This document shows positions 1-13,030 of a stretch of DNA of 64,000 nucleotides, one piece after another (positions within the stretch are counted from its first letter, which is position 1; each line of letters opens with the position of its first letter). The DNA is from Ylistrum balloti (Eukaryota), in contig NW_026782385.1 in NCBI RefSeq assembly GCF_031769215.1, forward strand, positions 186,001 through 250,000. Direction: 5' to 3'. A program made the translations under genes and the position numbers. The notes under the pieces were generated by a model. That model had not been told where the DNA came from. It made no database searches and saw only the letters and a program-made list of their open reading frames with translations.

Positions 1-2402
1 TTGATAAGGAATTGAAACTAAGTTAGGGTACCTCATTTAAATAACAAAATGAGCTTTATAAGCAGAGTTTGTTTGGTTGAAGAGTTACTTATATGTTTGA
101 AACAAGGAAAAGGAAGAGATAAAAAGAGAGAGAGAAAGATTCGCTTGAAATTCGACTGCATTTGATCAGAAAAGTTTGAAAAGCGCTTGGAGTCAAAGCA
201 AGTTAACAAAAAATCAACATGAACTGACTTTTATGACTTAATTTGCAGTTACACTGTTCATTAACGATACAAAATGTATGTAACAATAGGTAAATTAATC
301 GTGGTTATCTAAATACACACGTGGGTAAGATTTTAAATGTAACTGACGCCTTAATGTACGGGACATGAATGGTGTTTGAAACATATGGATGCTGGGGTAT
401 TGTTTTAGAATTTATTTGTGCAATAGATGACAATTCAATACAACTATGAAATCAAGGTAACGAAGGAGATATATTTCCTGAAATGACATACAAGATTCAT
501 CAATGGACATGAACAGATGCAATGAAGAAATAATAAAAAACCTTAGGCATAAGTTTGATATATTAAGAAAATGTAGAGATATATTAAACGGCATGTGACC
601 GGACATGCGTATACAAGTACAGCTGCAATTTAAGAGGATTGGACAAAATACATTAAGATTAACGAAAAAATGAAAATAGCGCCTGAGGCGGATAAAAGTA
701 ATAAGAATAAGAAAAAAATAGCTTTAACGGGTCAAAATGCGTAAAACTTGGATTGATGGATGGATGGATGGATGGATGGATTTTATTAGAAAAAATAATT
801 GTTCAAGGCAGATATGCTTTGCAATGATATACTCCTGTAATAACACATGCTTTGGGTCCGATCGATTGAAGGGAAACGTTGTCAAGAAGAAGAAATTAAT
901 CGAATGAACTGAGTCACCACCTCGGTCATTAAAGTCATTAAAACAAATTGTACGAGATGAAACCTTACCTTTCAAAATGTAGCAATATGTGCGAACGATG
1001 CTGGAGAGAAATTTAATCTATTCGACAGTACTAACTAATTACAGGGTCAATAAACTTTGGAACAGTCGTCGTAATTAAGAGTATCACTGGCGCCAAAATA
1101 AGGTGCGGTAATGACACTGGTCAAGGTTTAAATCCAGATTAACATCAAATCTATATACTCTACAGAAATTATTGGCTGTTACATACATAGTAAAACCTGT
1201 TTAAGTAAAGGTCATCCCAGCATGTAATATACATGCAATGTTAGTTTTACAGTTTCACAACGGAGCATTGAAGCGTTACAAAAACTATACGCGTCTGTGA
1301 TCTGGATTCAGTATATCATTGGTAACAAGGGCCGACGACAAATCAGACAAATTAAGTCTTCCATGTGTTTAACTTTGAAGCTAATTCCAAGTCTTGCTCT
1401 TTATTTAAACTGATGCGTCCCCATTGTTTCTTCAATGTTGACAAGGCTATAGTTTAATCAAACCTCTAGTTCATACGACATTATAAATATGTAATTAATG
1501 GTGTTTGTATAGTTCCTCTATTGTAACGCCTTTTCTTATATTGAGTACATTTTCAATGAATATCATGATTCCTTGTATTCTATACAGCCATCAGTGTGTT
1601 TTACACAAATAGTTCGCAAGCTTATCTTCTACAAAGACTGAGATAAAAAGATGTTTCCATATTGTGTATAATGTTCAGGTAACCTCTATTCTAGTAAAAA
1701 CATTCTCTTAGCTTTAGGTTATTGCCAAATACATTTTCAAAATTAAGATTGAGATTTTTACCCAATCGGACAAAAATATCCACAATGGAGAGTGTTTACT
1801 TGAAACTCTTTTGCATTTAAATGATAAAAAAAACAACAAATTGTACAAAACACTCACACAAGTGAAAAGCACGTTTTGAACCTAAGGTACAAGTAAATAT
1901 TGTAGAGCAAAACAATGAATTAAATTGTCAGTTATACTAAAGGTCTGGTTTTCAAACATACAGGCGACCTAGCCAAATCGAAAGTGAAAGAAATAAATGT
2001 CAAAATTTAGATGGGAAGGTGAACTTAGCAGATGATTCAGTAAATGTTACAACTTATATTTATTTTATGACTTTAGAAGAATATCGAATACATGTGTATA
2101 TCCTGAAACGTTCCACCAATCAAATGAGTGAAAACGTGGCATGCACGATACTGCAAATACCAGGAACTTAAAGTCCACCGGCGTTGTCTACCGCTACTAC
2201 TTGCCGTCTCGAAGTCTTCATTTTCCCTATATGTTCTCTTTTTTTCAATAACGCCGACGTTTCCAAAGTGTAATAATGAAAATAACAATAGAGGAAAAAC
2301 AAAACCAACACGTAAACTATTTATTGGTTGCTTTATCGGAATCGTCAAACTTCCCATTAATTATCAATTCAATAAGATCTTATATACAATTCGTCATATT
2401 AC

Positions 2403-2541
2403 CTGTATCTAAGTGAACAACATCAACAAGACCACTGATTCCACTGTTGTTGGAGGAAGCACTTCCCTGGCTAGTGCACTCATCAGATTGTTCATCAGCC
2501 ATTGAATCAGTTAGATTAGTTAAAGACACCACTTGAATTCG
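2403..2541 (-). CDS. M1AP: M1AP homolog, coding exon 5 (RIQVVSLTN...GISGLVDVVHLDT); gene continues beyond the left edge
   Basis: Acceptor CTCTTCTATGTTCAG, donor ACAG|GTAATA, 139 nt, phase 0 to 1. Parallels human RFQVVEVT...GTDIDLQTIDN as recalled. No matching next exon found in 1-2400. Confidence 0.87.
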
Positions 2542-4941
2542 CTGAACATAGAAGAGGAGGGTTAAAATTTATAATAGTGAAAAAACGATCGCATTGTATG
2601 TCGCCACAAGACAACATGCTACAGTAGTGGGAACGTATAATGTTACACACGATATGCAATTTGAGCACGATAGGAAAACTAAACGAAATGTGTCATCGAT
2701 GTGCGAACGATATGCGGTTCTATCGAAAAGGTGTTGCTATCGTGGTTCATATGAATTCAGAAATCACTTTTGAATAAGTGTGGATAAGGTAAACGTATTT
2801 CATATATAGCTGAGTATATTTCCTAATAAGGAATTGATTTAATGGTCAGACAGTTTGTTTGTTCACAAGTTGCCACATCTACCTAGTTGTGTTCGTTACA
2901 CTAATTTCCAACTTCCGGTCATGGTCTGGTTGTATTTCGATAAAGTCAAATTCAAAATAATCACCGGTCAATATTTAATACACTATGACCGTTTTTTTAG
3001 TCATAACTACACCAGTTTTCCGTCTAATTTTCAATCTGTAATATTAATCAACCCCTTTTTTTACCAAACAGCACAAAATGTGCGATCCGATAGCACAATA
3101 GTGGCTAGGTAATACACCACTAGATACGATGTGCGGGCGAAGATTTTGGTGCGTTGTACGATATTACAACTGTATAAATCAAATTGCCATTGTTTTCACA
3201 CCACACTCCAGGTGTTGATGAAATCATTACTTCGTGTAATGTCAGAGCTTGCGAAAATCAGTATTTCTTTTAACGAGATTCATTACGTTTTGAAACTAAT
3301 TTCTTGACGACATAAGACTATATAAACACCCGATATAAAAATGAAAGTAGGAAACCACTTTCTTGATTAGTGTTTTGTTATCCAAATCTTTCTTCAGTTT
3401 TCATTTGTGTAATTCTGGTCTGCCTAGGACAATATATCCATATTTAGAAATATATTTCATAGCATCGTGTACATCGTGTGATAGGATAGGATACTAATAT
3501 TGATTTTGAATTATTACATTAAATGTTCACATTGCTCCTTCTTTGCAAAGTTCAGAAATCGAGGGAGGGGGCTATACTTTTGAGCTGTGACCCGGCGTAC
3601 GTCTACTGCCTTGCCAGGGATCTTTACATATCACAGGTATTTAATACTTATCTTGGTAAAGCGGCATGTCATGTATTATAATAACGTCACAAGTATTTCC
3701 ATTTTGAACTTTGACCGACATTAAAGATAATTTTCTAGGATCTATCACACTTTTTGTCACGTGATCTTTATACATGGGATATTGGTTCATCTCGGCAAGG
3801 TCGTGTATCAGAAGTGACTCTGACCTACACCAAAGGAAACGTTTGTCTGGGCTTAATCAACTTAACTATTTACTTCAGTTTCACACTTAGGGTATGTGTC
3901 CACCTTGGTAAGGAAATGAAAAACTAGGTCACTCTTTGACCTTTCACCTTCATCAAAGAAAAGGTATGTCAAGACTCTATCTCCGATACTACTGGTCACT
4001 GTAACTTCACATTTGGGCTGAAGGTTCACCTTGGTAAGGCAATGTGTCGTGTATCAAACGTTGATCACTCTGACTTACGTATTAATCTATGACACTTCAT
4101 CACTGCATGTTTTGACCCATGAGCTCTATTTCCTACACTTTTTGCGACTAGAACTTCATACTTGAGGCATGGGTTCAGTTAAAGTATATTCTTGGCATAC
4201 AATATCACTTTCGTTTAGTGACTGTAATTCGCTAAATTGTCTTGTTTTATTATTCGTATCATGAAATGCACCTGGGAAAAGTTAACAGTACAGCGAAAAT
4301 AAAGATGCATTAAAACCTTCGACAGGGCATCTAAAAAATAATCTCGAAATATTTTTTTCCGCGAGATGAATATATTTATAGCAGCAAGCTTGTACAAAAT
4401 TTGATCTGGGGAAATGAAAAGAAAAAATCTTCTCAAAATTAGGATATCACATCTGATCCTCTGACAAGCTATAGTGAATATTTTAAAACCAGTTATATGG
4501 ATATACATTTAAAACCAGGTGTCGCTTCAGCACTTCTATCAAATAAATTCTCAGTGGTCGAATGAGGACAATATACCGATTTGTAAGAACACATCTTTCT
4601 GAGAATTTCAATTACTTTTCAATTAAATAGGCCTTCTTAATGTAAACAATACTGCATTCAATAATCAACAAAATTACACATACGTCCTAGTTTTCATTGG
4701 AAAACAAACTTGAATTACATTCTTTTTCCAAGATCTCTTATATGACGTCTGACATATGAAATCAGCAGATAGCATTGATAATGTAAAAAGGATGGATTTG
4801 GAGCATCACAAATATTCTTTTTAAAACAAAGTTGATTTGAAAAGAGTGAAACCTTAACGTCTGATACATTTTTAGTTACACATATGTCTTTCGTCTTTTT
4901 ACGCTGCAGATTTAAAACGACATAATGATATTTATACTCAC

Positions 4942-5055
4942 TTTGAGGGCTTCTAAAGCCAATGACGAGATTGCATCTTCAATTTGTTTCTGTATGGACT
5001 CTGCTTTCCGACAGGACACTATAATTACTTCCAACTGGTTACAAAGTCCTCCTTG
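4942..5055 (-). CDS. M1AP: M1AP homolog, coding exon 4 (QGGLCNQLEVIIVSCRKAESIQKQIEDAISSLALEALK)
   Basis: Acceptor ATTTTACAG, donor AAA|GTGAGT, 114 nt, phase 0 to 0. Parallels human SLEITILTSQPGKEVVKQLEEGLK as recalled. Confidence 0.87.
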
Positions 5056-6741
5056 CTGTAAAATTGAACATATCTCAAAAATCTATATTATAGTGAGCAA
5101 GACATTCAAAGTATGAATGGCTTAAATAAAGGCTCATTCACTTTTACAAATTACTTTCATCATAGTTAATTGAGTAATTACGGAACTTTCCAAAAACATC
5201 TTATGTTTTTATCATAAATTTCTTACATTGATATAAGGCGTTTTTCTTCAATAGAACTTCTCACTTTTTCACAGTACAACATATTTTCCAACCATATAAG
5301 AAAGTAAAATGCCACGTGTTACAGTTATAGAATCCAACAAGGGACTCGTTCACCCTGTATCATTCACGCAAACACATTCTATTGGCAGGACGTTAAAATA
5401 TGCAAAGATGAACCATTCAATTAAAATCTAACAACAGTATACAATTTTTTCAAAAATCGCATTATGAATTCCTGTTGGTAAGGGGAGCACATCCCATTGT
5501 TTCGACTTTGTAAAGTAACTGTGAGCCCGTCTCCTTACTATATTACGGATAAAATACCATGACAATAGGCTCTTCTTACAGTTCATAAATAGTTGATGAT
5601 CTTTCGGTGTGTTTATACTGTTCTCTTGGAATCTGTTGAAATCTTTTCATTTTAAAGCAACAATAATGTCATTTAGTTAACTAAGCTTATAAGTGTTATC
5701 TTTGCTACTATTTATAATGCGATAGATTACACAATCAAGAAAACTGGAAAGATTTTCTGTCAAGCATGCCTAGCTTTAAATATCTAGACCTTTTGACCTT
5801 GAATGTGAATCATCCGTTTGTACAAATTTGAACGTCCTTACCCCAGCATGCTGCTAGCCAAATATCACAACTAAGGGCTTGTTGGCTATAAAGAAGTAGC
5901 CGATATTAGATAATTTACCCCAGTATGCTGCTGGCCAAATATCAAAATTCTGGTCAAATATCATAGCTCTGGCTTCTTGGTTATTTCAGAAAATTTATCA
6001 CATTTCATCCATAACCTGTAACCTTGAAAGAGACCTCGTGCCATTCATGGTTTCATAAGGTATGAATAATGGAAGTCAATTCTTTTTCATTAATGCTTCC
6101 CAAGATGATTAACAAAATATGCAGCCTTCGTATGGCAACCATTCAGAAACGAGTGAAAACCATCTGAACTTCCACTGTAACACGATATACAAACTTACTT
6201 TATAATCCCGAACCACTACTACACATGTTATAATCATACACAATCTGGGAACTTTTCATGATCTTTATTAACATTGTATATGAAGGCAGTTCAAAATATA
6301 AACATGTACATTTATCAATTGATTCCAACACAGCTGCATTGAATCACATGGTATTATACGAGATATACTGCTTAAAGTTAATTCTCGTCGACTACTATCC
6401 TGTGTAAGTCAACGACAATCTGCAATGAGACGTGATATATAGGTCATTTATAGCAACTATCTACCGACTGAAAATATCAGCACAGATCTCGCTCACTCAT
6501 GTGAAATATGTATTGTAAAATCCATTTACTTTTCCGTTAGGCATAATCATTATCACCTGAATTCGTGCCTGTACATTAATATGAATTACTTCAATTTCCA
6601 CCCACTCAAACATAAAATCTAATGTTTAAGAAGGCCAGAAATTCTCAATTTTATAGAGATAGTTATACAACATTTTCATTTTGAATTATTTTGAGTGAAA
6701 TTGCGCTGGTAGCATTATGCTTGTGTGTCTTTAAGTACGTC

Positions 6742-6870
6742 TATAAATAAAATACCAATAGGTGGCGCTGATTTTGTTATATAGGTCATATCTCAACAAG
6801 CAATAGCACATGTACCTATCATCTTGGCAAAGGAGGACTTACTTTGATGATAAACATTAAACAGGTAAGA
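6742..6870 (+). promoter_or_regulatory. Putative TATA box and non-coding first exon of the sulfotransferase
   Basis: TATAAATA at 6742-6749; strong donor ACAG|GTAAGA at 6865. The matching acceptor CTTTTAG|G at 8469/8470 lies 14 nt before the SULT ATG. No transcript evidence. Confidence 0.45.
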
Positions 6871-7310
6871 TTAAATAGGACTTTTCTTTCTCTGTGATTA
6901 CACATTACAGCCTATGAAAACACATATCTGTGCGAGTATATTTGTATTGTAGTTTGTACTGATTCCGTTCATGTAATGCATACATTACATTGCTACCCAA
7001 ATTGTATATGTGCATTCAAATGTATATGTATCCTGTATGATTCACCCCTGGCAAATGGCATTCATAAAGCTGCTTATTGTATCCACCTCAAGTGATGCCA
7101 CGATATATGTATACAATGTTTCAAAATGAGCATTCCAATACGATCTTAACCTGTTTTCAGTAAGTAAGTGCAAACTTAGCGTAAAAAAGATATTTACGAG
7201 GAAGTATGTGTACCTACGCATTTGTTAATAATCAAGCATTCAACCATGTTAGCTGTTACATGATGTAACCATTGTTTAGTGAATGCGATAATCGTAAACA
7301 CCAGGCTACA

Positions 7311-7637
7311 TGCATGCAATTTATATAAGTATGTACAGTCATTCTGATATCTGTCTTCTAGACCAGTCCACATACATGCATTTTTATATAGATATATACA
7401 ATCATTTTTACATCTGTCTTCGAGACCAGTCCACATATATGCATTTTCATATAGATATGCACAATCATTCTGATATCTGTCTTCTAGACCAGTCCACATA
7501 CATGTATTTTTATATAGATATTTAAAATCATTCTGATATTTGTCTTCTAGACCAATCCACCCTACATGCATTTTTATATAGATATTTACAATCATTCTTA
7601 TATCTGTCTTCTAGACCAGTCCACATACATGCATTTT
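7311..7637. repeat. 63-bp minisatellite, about 5 copies
   Basis: Unit approx. TACATGCATTTTTATATAGATATATACAATCATTCTGATATCTGTCTTCTAGACCAGTCCACA, read directly from the sequence. Confidence 0.95.
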
Positions 7638-8483
7638 GTGTATTTCAAACTAACTCTCATATTATGGAGGTTTTATCAATGAATCTGTGTCCTTTGACGG
7701 AAACCTCGTTGTTGCCCCTTTCCCCCTTGATGTGTCATATGAGTCCGTTCATGGCGTTCACGACTGTTTGTTTGTTTGCTTTTATCTCTCATATCTTATA
7801 TCTCATCCAGTTTTTCACCAGTTAACATGACTACTGTATCAGGTTAGCTATCACAGGTAAGAAATCACTCCACTGTCAACTTAAGCTGTACAGCATAAAT
7901 AGGACGACTCTAGTTATCATCGTGTAAATAATCAAACCAATTTTACTGGCTGTGAGTAGGAAAGTTTTAAACGGAAATCTCTGATTTTTATACACTACTA
8001 CGGTGACTAAATTGAAGATGGTTAAAGTAGGTTCGCAGAACGTCCCAAATTGATCAAAGAGGAAATATCCACAAAGTTTTAATGGGTTGAATAACATGTC
8101 GATACTGTCAACTACGTTCAAATACGATCAATATGACTGGTGTACGATAGGGTCTACCTTGTGCGTGAGTGAACATAACATTTGACCGTGGTTTTAATCG
8201 AACAGCAAAATGTATGGATAATAATATAAAAGTCTATACCTGTTCATTTATGAATAAAGAATATTGTTTATATATTGTGATATATTATATCACTATACAC
8301 TGGTTGATATATTTATGAACACGTTTGTAGTACAAAATAAAGTAACTGATGTCACAAGTTACATGTAAAATTATAGCTACTATCAAGATGATTCCCAGTG
8401 ATAATCCTACAATCGTACTTAACAATCAAAACTACAATCGCAAAATTGACATCTATCGTCTTCTTTTAGGTATCAAATCAACA

Positions 8484-8646
8484 ATGTCTTCGAAACGTGA
8501 ACACTGCAGTGTGTTTCCAGTATACGATGGTTACATTTTACCGAGCTTTCCGCCTCTACTTCCTGTACCAGATAAACAAATGGCTGCTGTCAGAGACTTT
8601 GAATCAAAAGATAGCGATATCTTAATCTGCAGTATCCCCAAAACAG
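8484..8646 (+). CDS. Cytosolic sulfotransferase (SULT1-like, Sulfotransfer_1 family), coding exon 1
   Basis: ATG at 8484, MSSKREHCSVF...DILICSIPKT; donor ACAG|GTAGAA, phase 1. Starts the 5'-PSB loop PKTGT. Confidence 0.95.
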
Positions 8647-9100
8647 GTAGAACGACCATGGTGTTTCAGTTTTCATGTATTAAAAAGTATAATTACACTC
8701 AAATTATACATTGTGTTCTCATTTGCAAACGTAACTGTTTTCACATGTGTTGTCCACGGTTTAAATGACGGGTGTCGATGACGATGTCTAAACCATTTTT
8801 TTGTCCTAATTTTCCCCCTGTTTCATCGATCTTGAGTTTAAATTTTTGTTCACGTGTTTGTATTTTCTGGTCGTTCCCAATGCTGTGTGATATCAAGATT
8901 TTGCCGTGATATTTACGGATATATTAAAGGTAAAACAACTTAAAAGAGTTTTGAATTAGCAATGTTTACAGTTACATATCTATTCAAAGTTAAAATCAAA
9001 TTGACTAGAAAAATTAGCAAACATCTATAAACTTATAAGGCCTTTATATTCTTACCATAAATGAATTACAACTTATCTATTTTTCACTTTGCATTTACAG

Positions 9101-9178
9101 GTACTAATTGGTGCTATGAAATATTGTCAATGCTGGTACAAGGACACGCCACGTATGCCAAGGGGGCTAAAATAGCGG
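9101..9178 (+). CDS. Cytosolic sulfotransferase, coding exon 2 (GTNWCYEILSMLVQGHATYAKGAKIA)
   Basis: Acceptor TTTACAG, donor GCGG|GTATGT, 78 nt, phase 1 to 1. Completes PKTGTNW. Confidence 0.95.
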
Positions 9179-9595
9179 GTATGTTTAATTCAAACCTTTT
9201 TAAAGCTTAAATATTTTTAAATAAAATATAAATCCAATAAAACGTATTTCCCTTCGCAATAAAATGTCTATATTAAGATACTAAAGCTGAAATGTTATTT
9301 TCCTTTTTTGTGACATTGTATGCTTTATGTTTACGTAAAAACAATATATAAAGTAAAGTGTGCAATAAACATACATTTAAGGTTATTACTGTTTATTTAT
9401 ATTTCTTTTTTCTTAATATACGACATAAATTTCTCAACAATAGGAATTATTTCAATTTGTCAAGGAATTGTCATGACTCCCTATCATAGGGTAGTAATAA
9501 AATAACACGAGTAATAATAATAAAAGTATACTATATTATTGAAAAGAGGCGTTAGACTTATAAAAATGCCGAATAAAATTGCATCGATCATTCAG

Positions 9596-9871
9596 GTATG
9601 CTGGAAGCCGTAGAGGACTTCTCAAAATTGGACGAGTTAAAGTCCCCTCGTATTCTGAGTACGCATGTTCCATTTCGCCATCTACCAAAGCAGCACTTGG
9701 AAAAGGGGTGCAAAATAATCCTCTCTCGTCGCAATCCTAAAGATGTCTTCGTATCTTGGTATAACCACTCGAAACATGACGAGCGTATTTCTAATCCCAG
9801 TACATCAGAGGATGAAGAATTTCCCGGAACTTGGGAGCACTTCCTCAAAGATCAGATGGAAAACAAACATA
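9596..9871 (+). CDS. Cytosolic sulfotransferase, coding exon 3
   Basis: Acceptor TTCAG, donor CATA|GTATGT, 276 nt. Contains SPRILSTH (catalytic His) and RNPKDVFVSWY (3'-PB motif). Confidence 0.97.
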
Positions 9872-9894
9872 GTATGTTCCCTTTCAATTTCATA

Positions 9895-11196
9895 CAGTCA
9901 CTAGTCATTAGTATTGGTGCATTTCGGCGACGTGATTTATGTTTCAGCTGAAAATTCATGAGGGGGGATATTTAAAAGTTGAATATCTCAATAAACAAAT
10001 AAGGTAATTACATGCAAATTTTACACTAAGTACACTTGGTAATCTCACTGGCAGTGAATTGTACAGATTCCGAATATAGCACCAAAGGCAAACTTGACCA
10101 TATGTCATTTACAACTCTGACAGTCGAGTTTTCATAGTTTTCCACCCGTGTTCACTCACATTAAGATCTGCACTTTGGGATGGCCACGTAAACTTCTGAC
10201 ATTATTGAATGTTTTCCATTCGGTAGCTTTCCCCGAGACATGACACGGCGTGTTATCTTGTAAAATCCTGTGTGTAATTGCATAATGTCTCGCAACAACA
10301 GGCCTTATATGTTCTTCCAGAATGGAAATATACTTATCAGTGTTTATTTTTCCATCAACAGATGTATGTGTTCTGACGCCAAAATAAGAAATGCATCCCA
10401 AAAACATCGCCGAGAAACACACATTTCGAGCAGTGTTTGATACAACCTTCACAAAGTCGGGATGTAACTACTCACTTGTTTTCCTCCATACAAACACTTT
10501 CTGTCAGCACCGAGTTTTTTGTTTGTTTCATCATTCAATATCATTATTTGACCAATTATTTGCAACTGTCCAATGAAGTTTTGGCCAACAAAAGTGAAGC
10601 CGTCATTCCTTGTTTACATGTCCAATGGTACTTTTCTTTAAAACAGTTCACATTTGAAATCCAAACTCAAAAAGTCTTCTTCTAACATTTCTTATTGGCA
10701 AATTACCTATCGGAGCATTATCATAAAGTGAAGTCACATCATTTTAAGTCCCTCTTCTATTGTTCTTAAACGATCCGAATGATCCTACCATCACATCTGA
10801 TTTTCTGCCCCGCCCACTTCTCGGTAAAATTTCTATGCTTTCCTTCTCATGGAACCACTTTAAAAAATCCGATCAGTTCTTGGTTTAAGTTCTAAAAAAC
10901 ATTTTTTGTCAAAATAACATTTTAAACAATTTTACAATGTCTTTTTTAGCTGCTGTGTCAATTCGGGGTCTTTGGGAGCCATCGACTGGCAGACGACATT
11001 ATAAACACAGAGTAGGGGTACAACACTATTTCATTGTACATGTATACAAACTGTCGTATATCCTGCGAATTGTTCCGTTATAAGTTTCGTCAGAATATGT
11101 GCTGTTTGGAAAAAGATAGATCTGAAAACAATAGGAATTCACTAAATCTACTTAATGACGTCATTTTTATGAGCCAATACGTATGGTCAGTGACTG
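9895..11196 (-). mobile_element. Full-length decayed Tc1/mariner element (Tc1-like DDE transposase pseudogene about 10005-10982)
   Basis: Terminal inverted repeats ta|CAGTCACTAGTCATTAGTATTGG (9893) and CCAATACGTATGGTCAGTGACTG|ta (to 11198), both flanked by TA. Broken minus-strand ORF with MAPKDPELT, ILNDET, VFVWRK, GCISYFGV, ILQDNTPCH, DLN and YIRNLYNSLP motifs. Confidence 0.88.
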
Positions 11197-11558
11197 TATA
11201 TTTAGGTTCAAAGTATTAAGCACACACCCTCCAATTCAATTTCCTCGTGAAAAAAGTATATTTATCGAGATCTTATTTAAATGTAAATCATTTCCAATAA
11301 CAAACATATAAAAAAATTGCTAAAGGTAGTGTCCAAATAAGGAAATGTCAAAATAGAGATAAGCGACCATGGCATTGTATCATGGTCATTCGAGATGGAT
11401 TTCGTTTTCTCATAAAATTCTGTATACGGATCATCATCCTGTCTGATCACATAGGGTTCTACCACATAACGTAATATCTGATATTTCTAAATCAATTCCA
11501 TTTGTGATGGTTCATATTGGATCTTTTATTGATGCTTTTCTTCATCTCTTGTTTTCAG

Positions 11559-11662
11559 ATTTCTACGATGGTTTCTTTAATTACGAGAAGGCGTGGGATG
11601 AAGCCATCAGGACAAAACAAGTCACAAATGTGCATACGATTTTCTATGAGGAACTTAAGAGG
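11559..11662 (+). CDS. Cytosolic sulfotransferase, coding exon 4 (NFYDGFFNYEKAW...IFYEELKR)
   Basis: Acceptor GTTTTCAG, donor AGG|GTATGG, 104 nt, phase 1 to 0. FYEELK motif. Confidence 0.95.
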
Positions 11663-12157
11663 GTATGGCTACTATTCGTTCAACTGATCTGTCGATTATA
11701 TATAAGACTAATGTATTCTCATATTACATATATGTTAATACAGTACGCCTATTTTAAACAAAAGTAAATGAATATATCTTCTTCTAATCCTTTCCAATAA
11801 GTGTATTGAAAATTATTCATTAAAAAGTTTTATAGTTGGCAACTGCAAGATTGGTAGACCATAATGACGTGACACAATTCTAGATTTGAGTTGTGTTTCA
11901 TGTCTTACATGTCGCTTTGTATAGCATGCGGTGGTCGTGGCATTTGGAAAGTTCCTTTGTACGAATAGCTTAAAAACAATTCATCTTGGTGCTCAATAAA
12001 CTATCAAATGGTCCCCATGCACTTACATGTCCTGAGTAGGGATAGGGAAAAGGCAACAAGTAAAAACATGTATTTACCTCGAAAAAAAAGTATGAAAAAC
12101 ATTACTTTTTTTCATTTTGTTTGTTTATGTAAGAATATATATGTATTTCTCTTGCAG

Positions 12158-12335
12158 GATCCAGTGACAGAAATCAAACGCCTTGCTAAGCATCTAGAGC
12201 TGCCTGAAGACGATGAACTCGCGAAGGAAATTGCAGATAAATGCTCATTCAAAAAGTTCTTGGATGCAGTAGTCACTATAAAAACCGGTCCAGTGAAGAT
12301 TGTGGAAGGCGGAAATCATTTCCTTTTTAGGAAAG
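12158..12335 (+). CDS. Cytosolic sulfotransferase, coding exon 5 (DPVTEIKRLAKHL...FLFRK)
   Basis: Acceptor CTTGCAG, donor AAAG|GTAAAT, 178 nt, phase 0 to 1. Confidence 0.95.
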
Positions 12336-12917
12336 GTAAATATCTAATACGTCAAAAACTCAGTCTATTCAAACCACTCAAGCATATAAGGATAACGACA
12401 GAGATAACGAAATATTTCAGTCACGTGACGTAAAACCATAGCAAGCAGCTCATATTCCTAATTCGCTTTCTTCCTGTCATTTTTGCCGTTTGACCGATTT
12501 GAACTTCCGGAGCTAGTGACATATTTAGGTTATCTAATCGTTGATGTTTTGATTAGTACGACATTATTATTATACTGTTGATCATGAACGTTTGTAGATC
12601 GCTGATGAATGTACAGGAGAGTAAAATTGAGGCTATATCATTGCTATCGATATCAATGAATCTGGCGCCAGTTACTTGGAAACATTTTCTTCTGGTTTGT
12701 AATGTCAATAGAATATAAGTTCTTATGAGTTCTGGCTCTGATCTAATGGTTGTGTTATACGTAAGGACTTGTATTCTATCTTTCGTCCGTTTTTTGGTTT
12801 GTTGTCAATATAAATACACTACCTGTGTGTAGATTGTACGAATCACAACTGATAAAGTTAGATTGATGAATTAAATATAGAATGCAAGATCTACATTAAC
12901 ATTTCTGGTCCTCACAG

Positions 12918-13030
12918 GAATTGTTGGAGACTGGAAGAACTGGTTTACCGTAGCACAAAACGAAAAGTTTAACGAGTTCCTGGACAAGCAACTGAAAGGA
13001 ACGTCTCTGAAATATACATATGAACTTTGA
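12918..13030 (+). CDS. Cytosolic sulfotransferase, coding exon 6 ([16 protein letters not shown]...YEL*)
   Basis: Acceptor CTCACAG; RKGxxGDWK motif; KxxxTVxxxE dimerisation motif; TGA at 13028-13030. The six exons total 912 nt = 303 aa plus stop, with no frameshift. Confidence 0.97.

Noticed and set aside
1200-1560. Possible pogo-like transposase scrap on the minus strand
   Set aside because: Only a vague resemblance (GRISLNKEQDLEL); no catalytic motif or TIR.
420-2357. Micro-exon candidates (969-1000, about 1817-1841, 452-477) and ORFs 2073-2357 and 2128-2412 as further M1AP exons
   Set aside because: Phases or peptides do not fit the expected next M1AP segment (FF..WL...TD.E); no recognisable homology.
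2440-2500. CTGATGAG motifs (here on the minus strand, and near 61340-61390) as hammerhead ribozymes
   Set aside because: No GAAA core after a closable stem II; the first lies in an M1AP exon.
2403-2502. ATG at 2502 as the start of a separate small gene
   Set aside because: The frame is open back to the acceptor at 2541 and the whole exon fits M1AP, so the ATG is internal.
7194-7595. 133-aa repetitive ORF as a protein-coding gene
   Set aside because: Fully explained by the 63-bp minisatellite; no splice or homology support.
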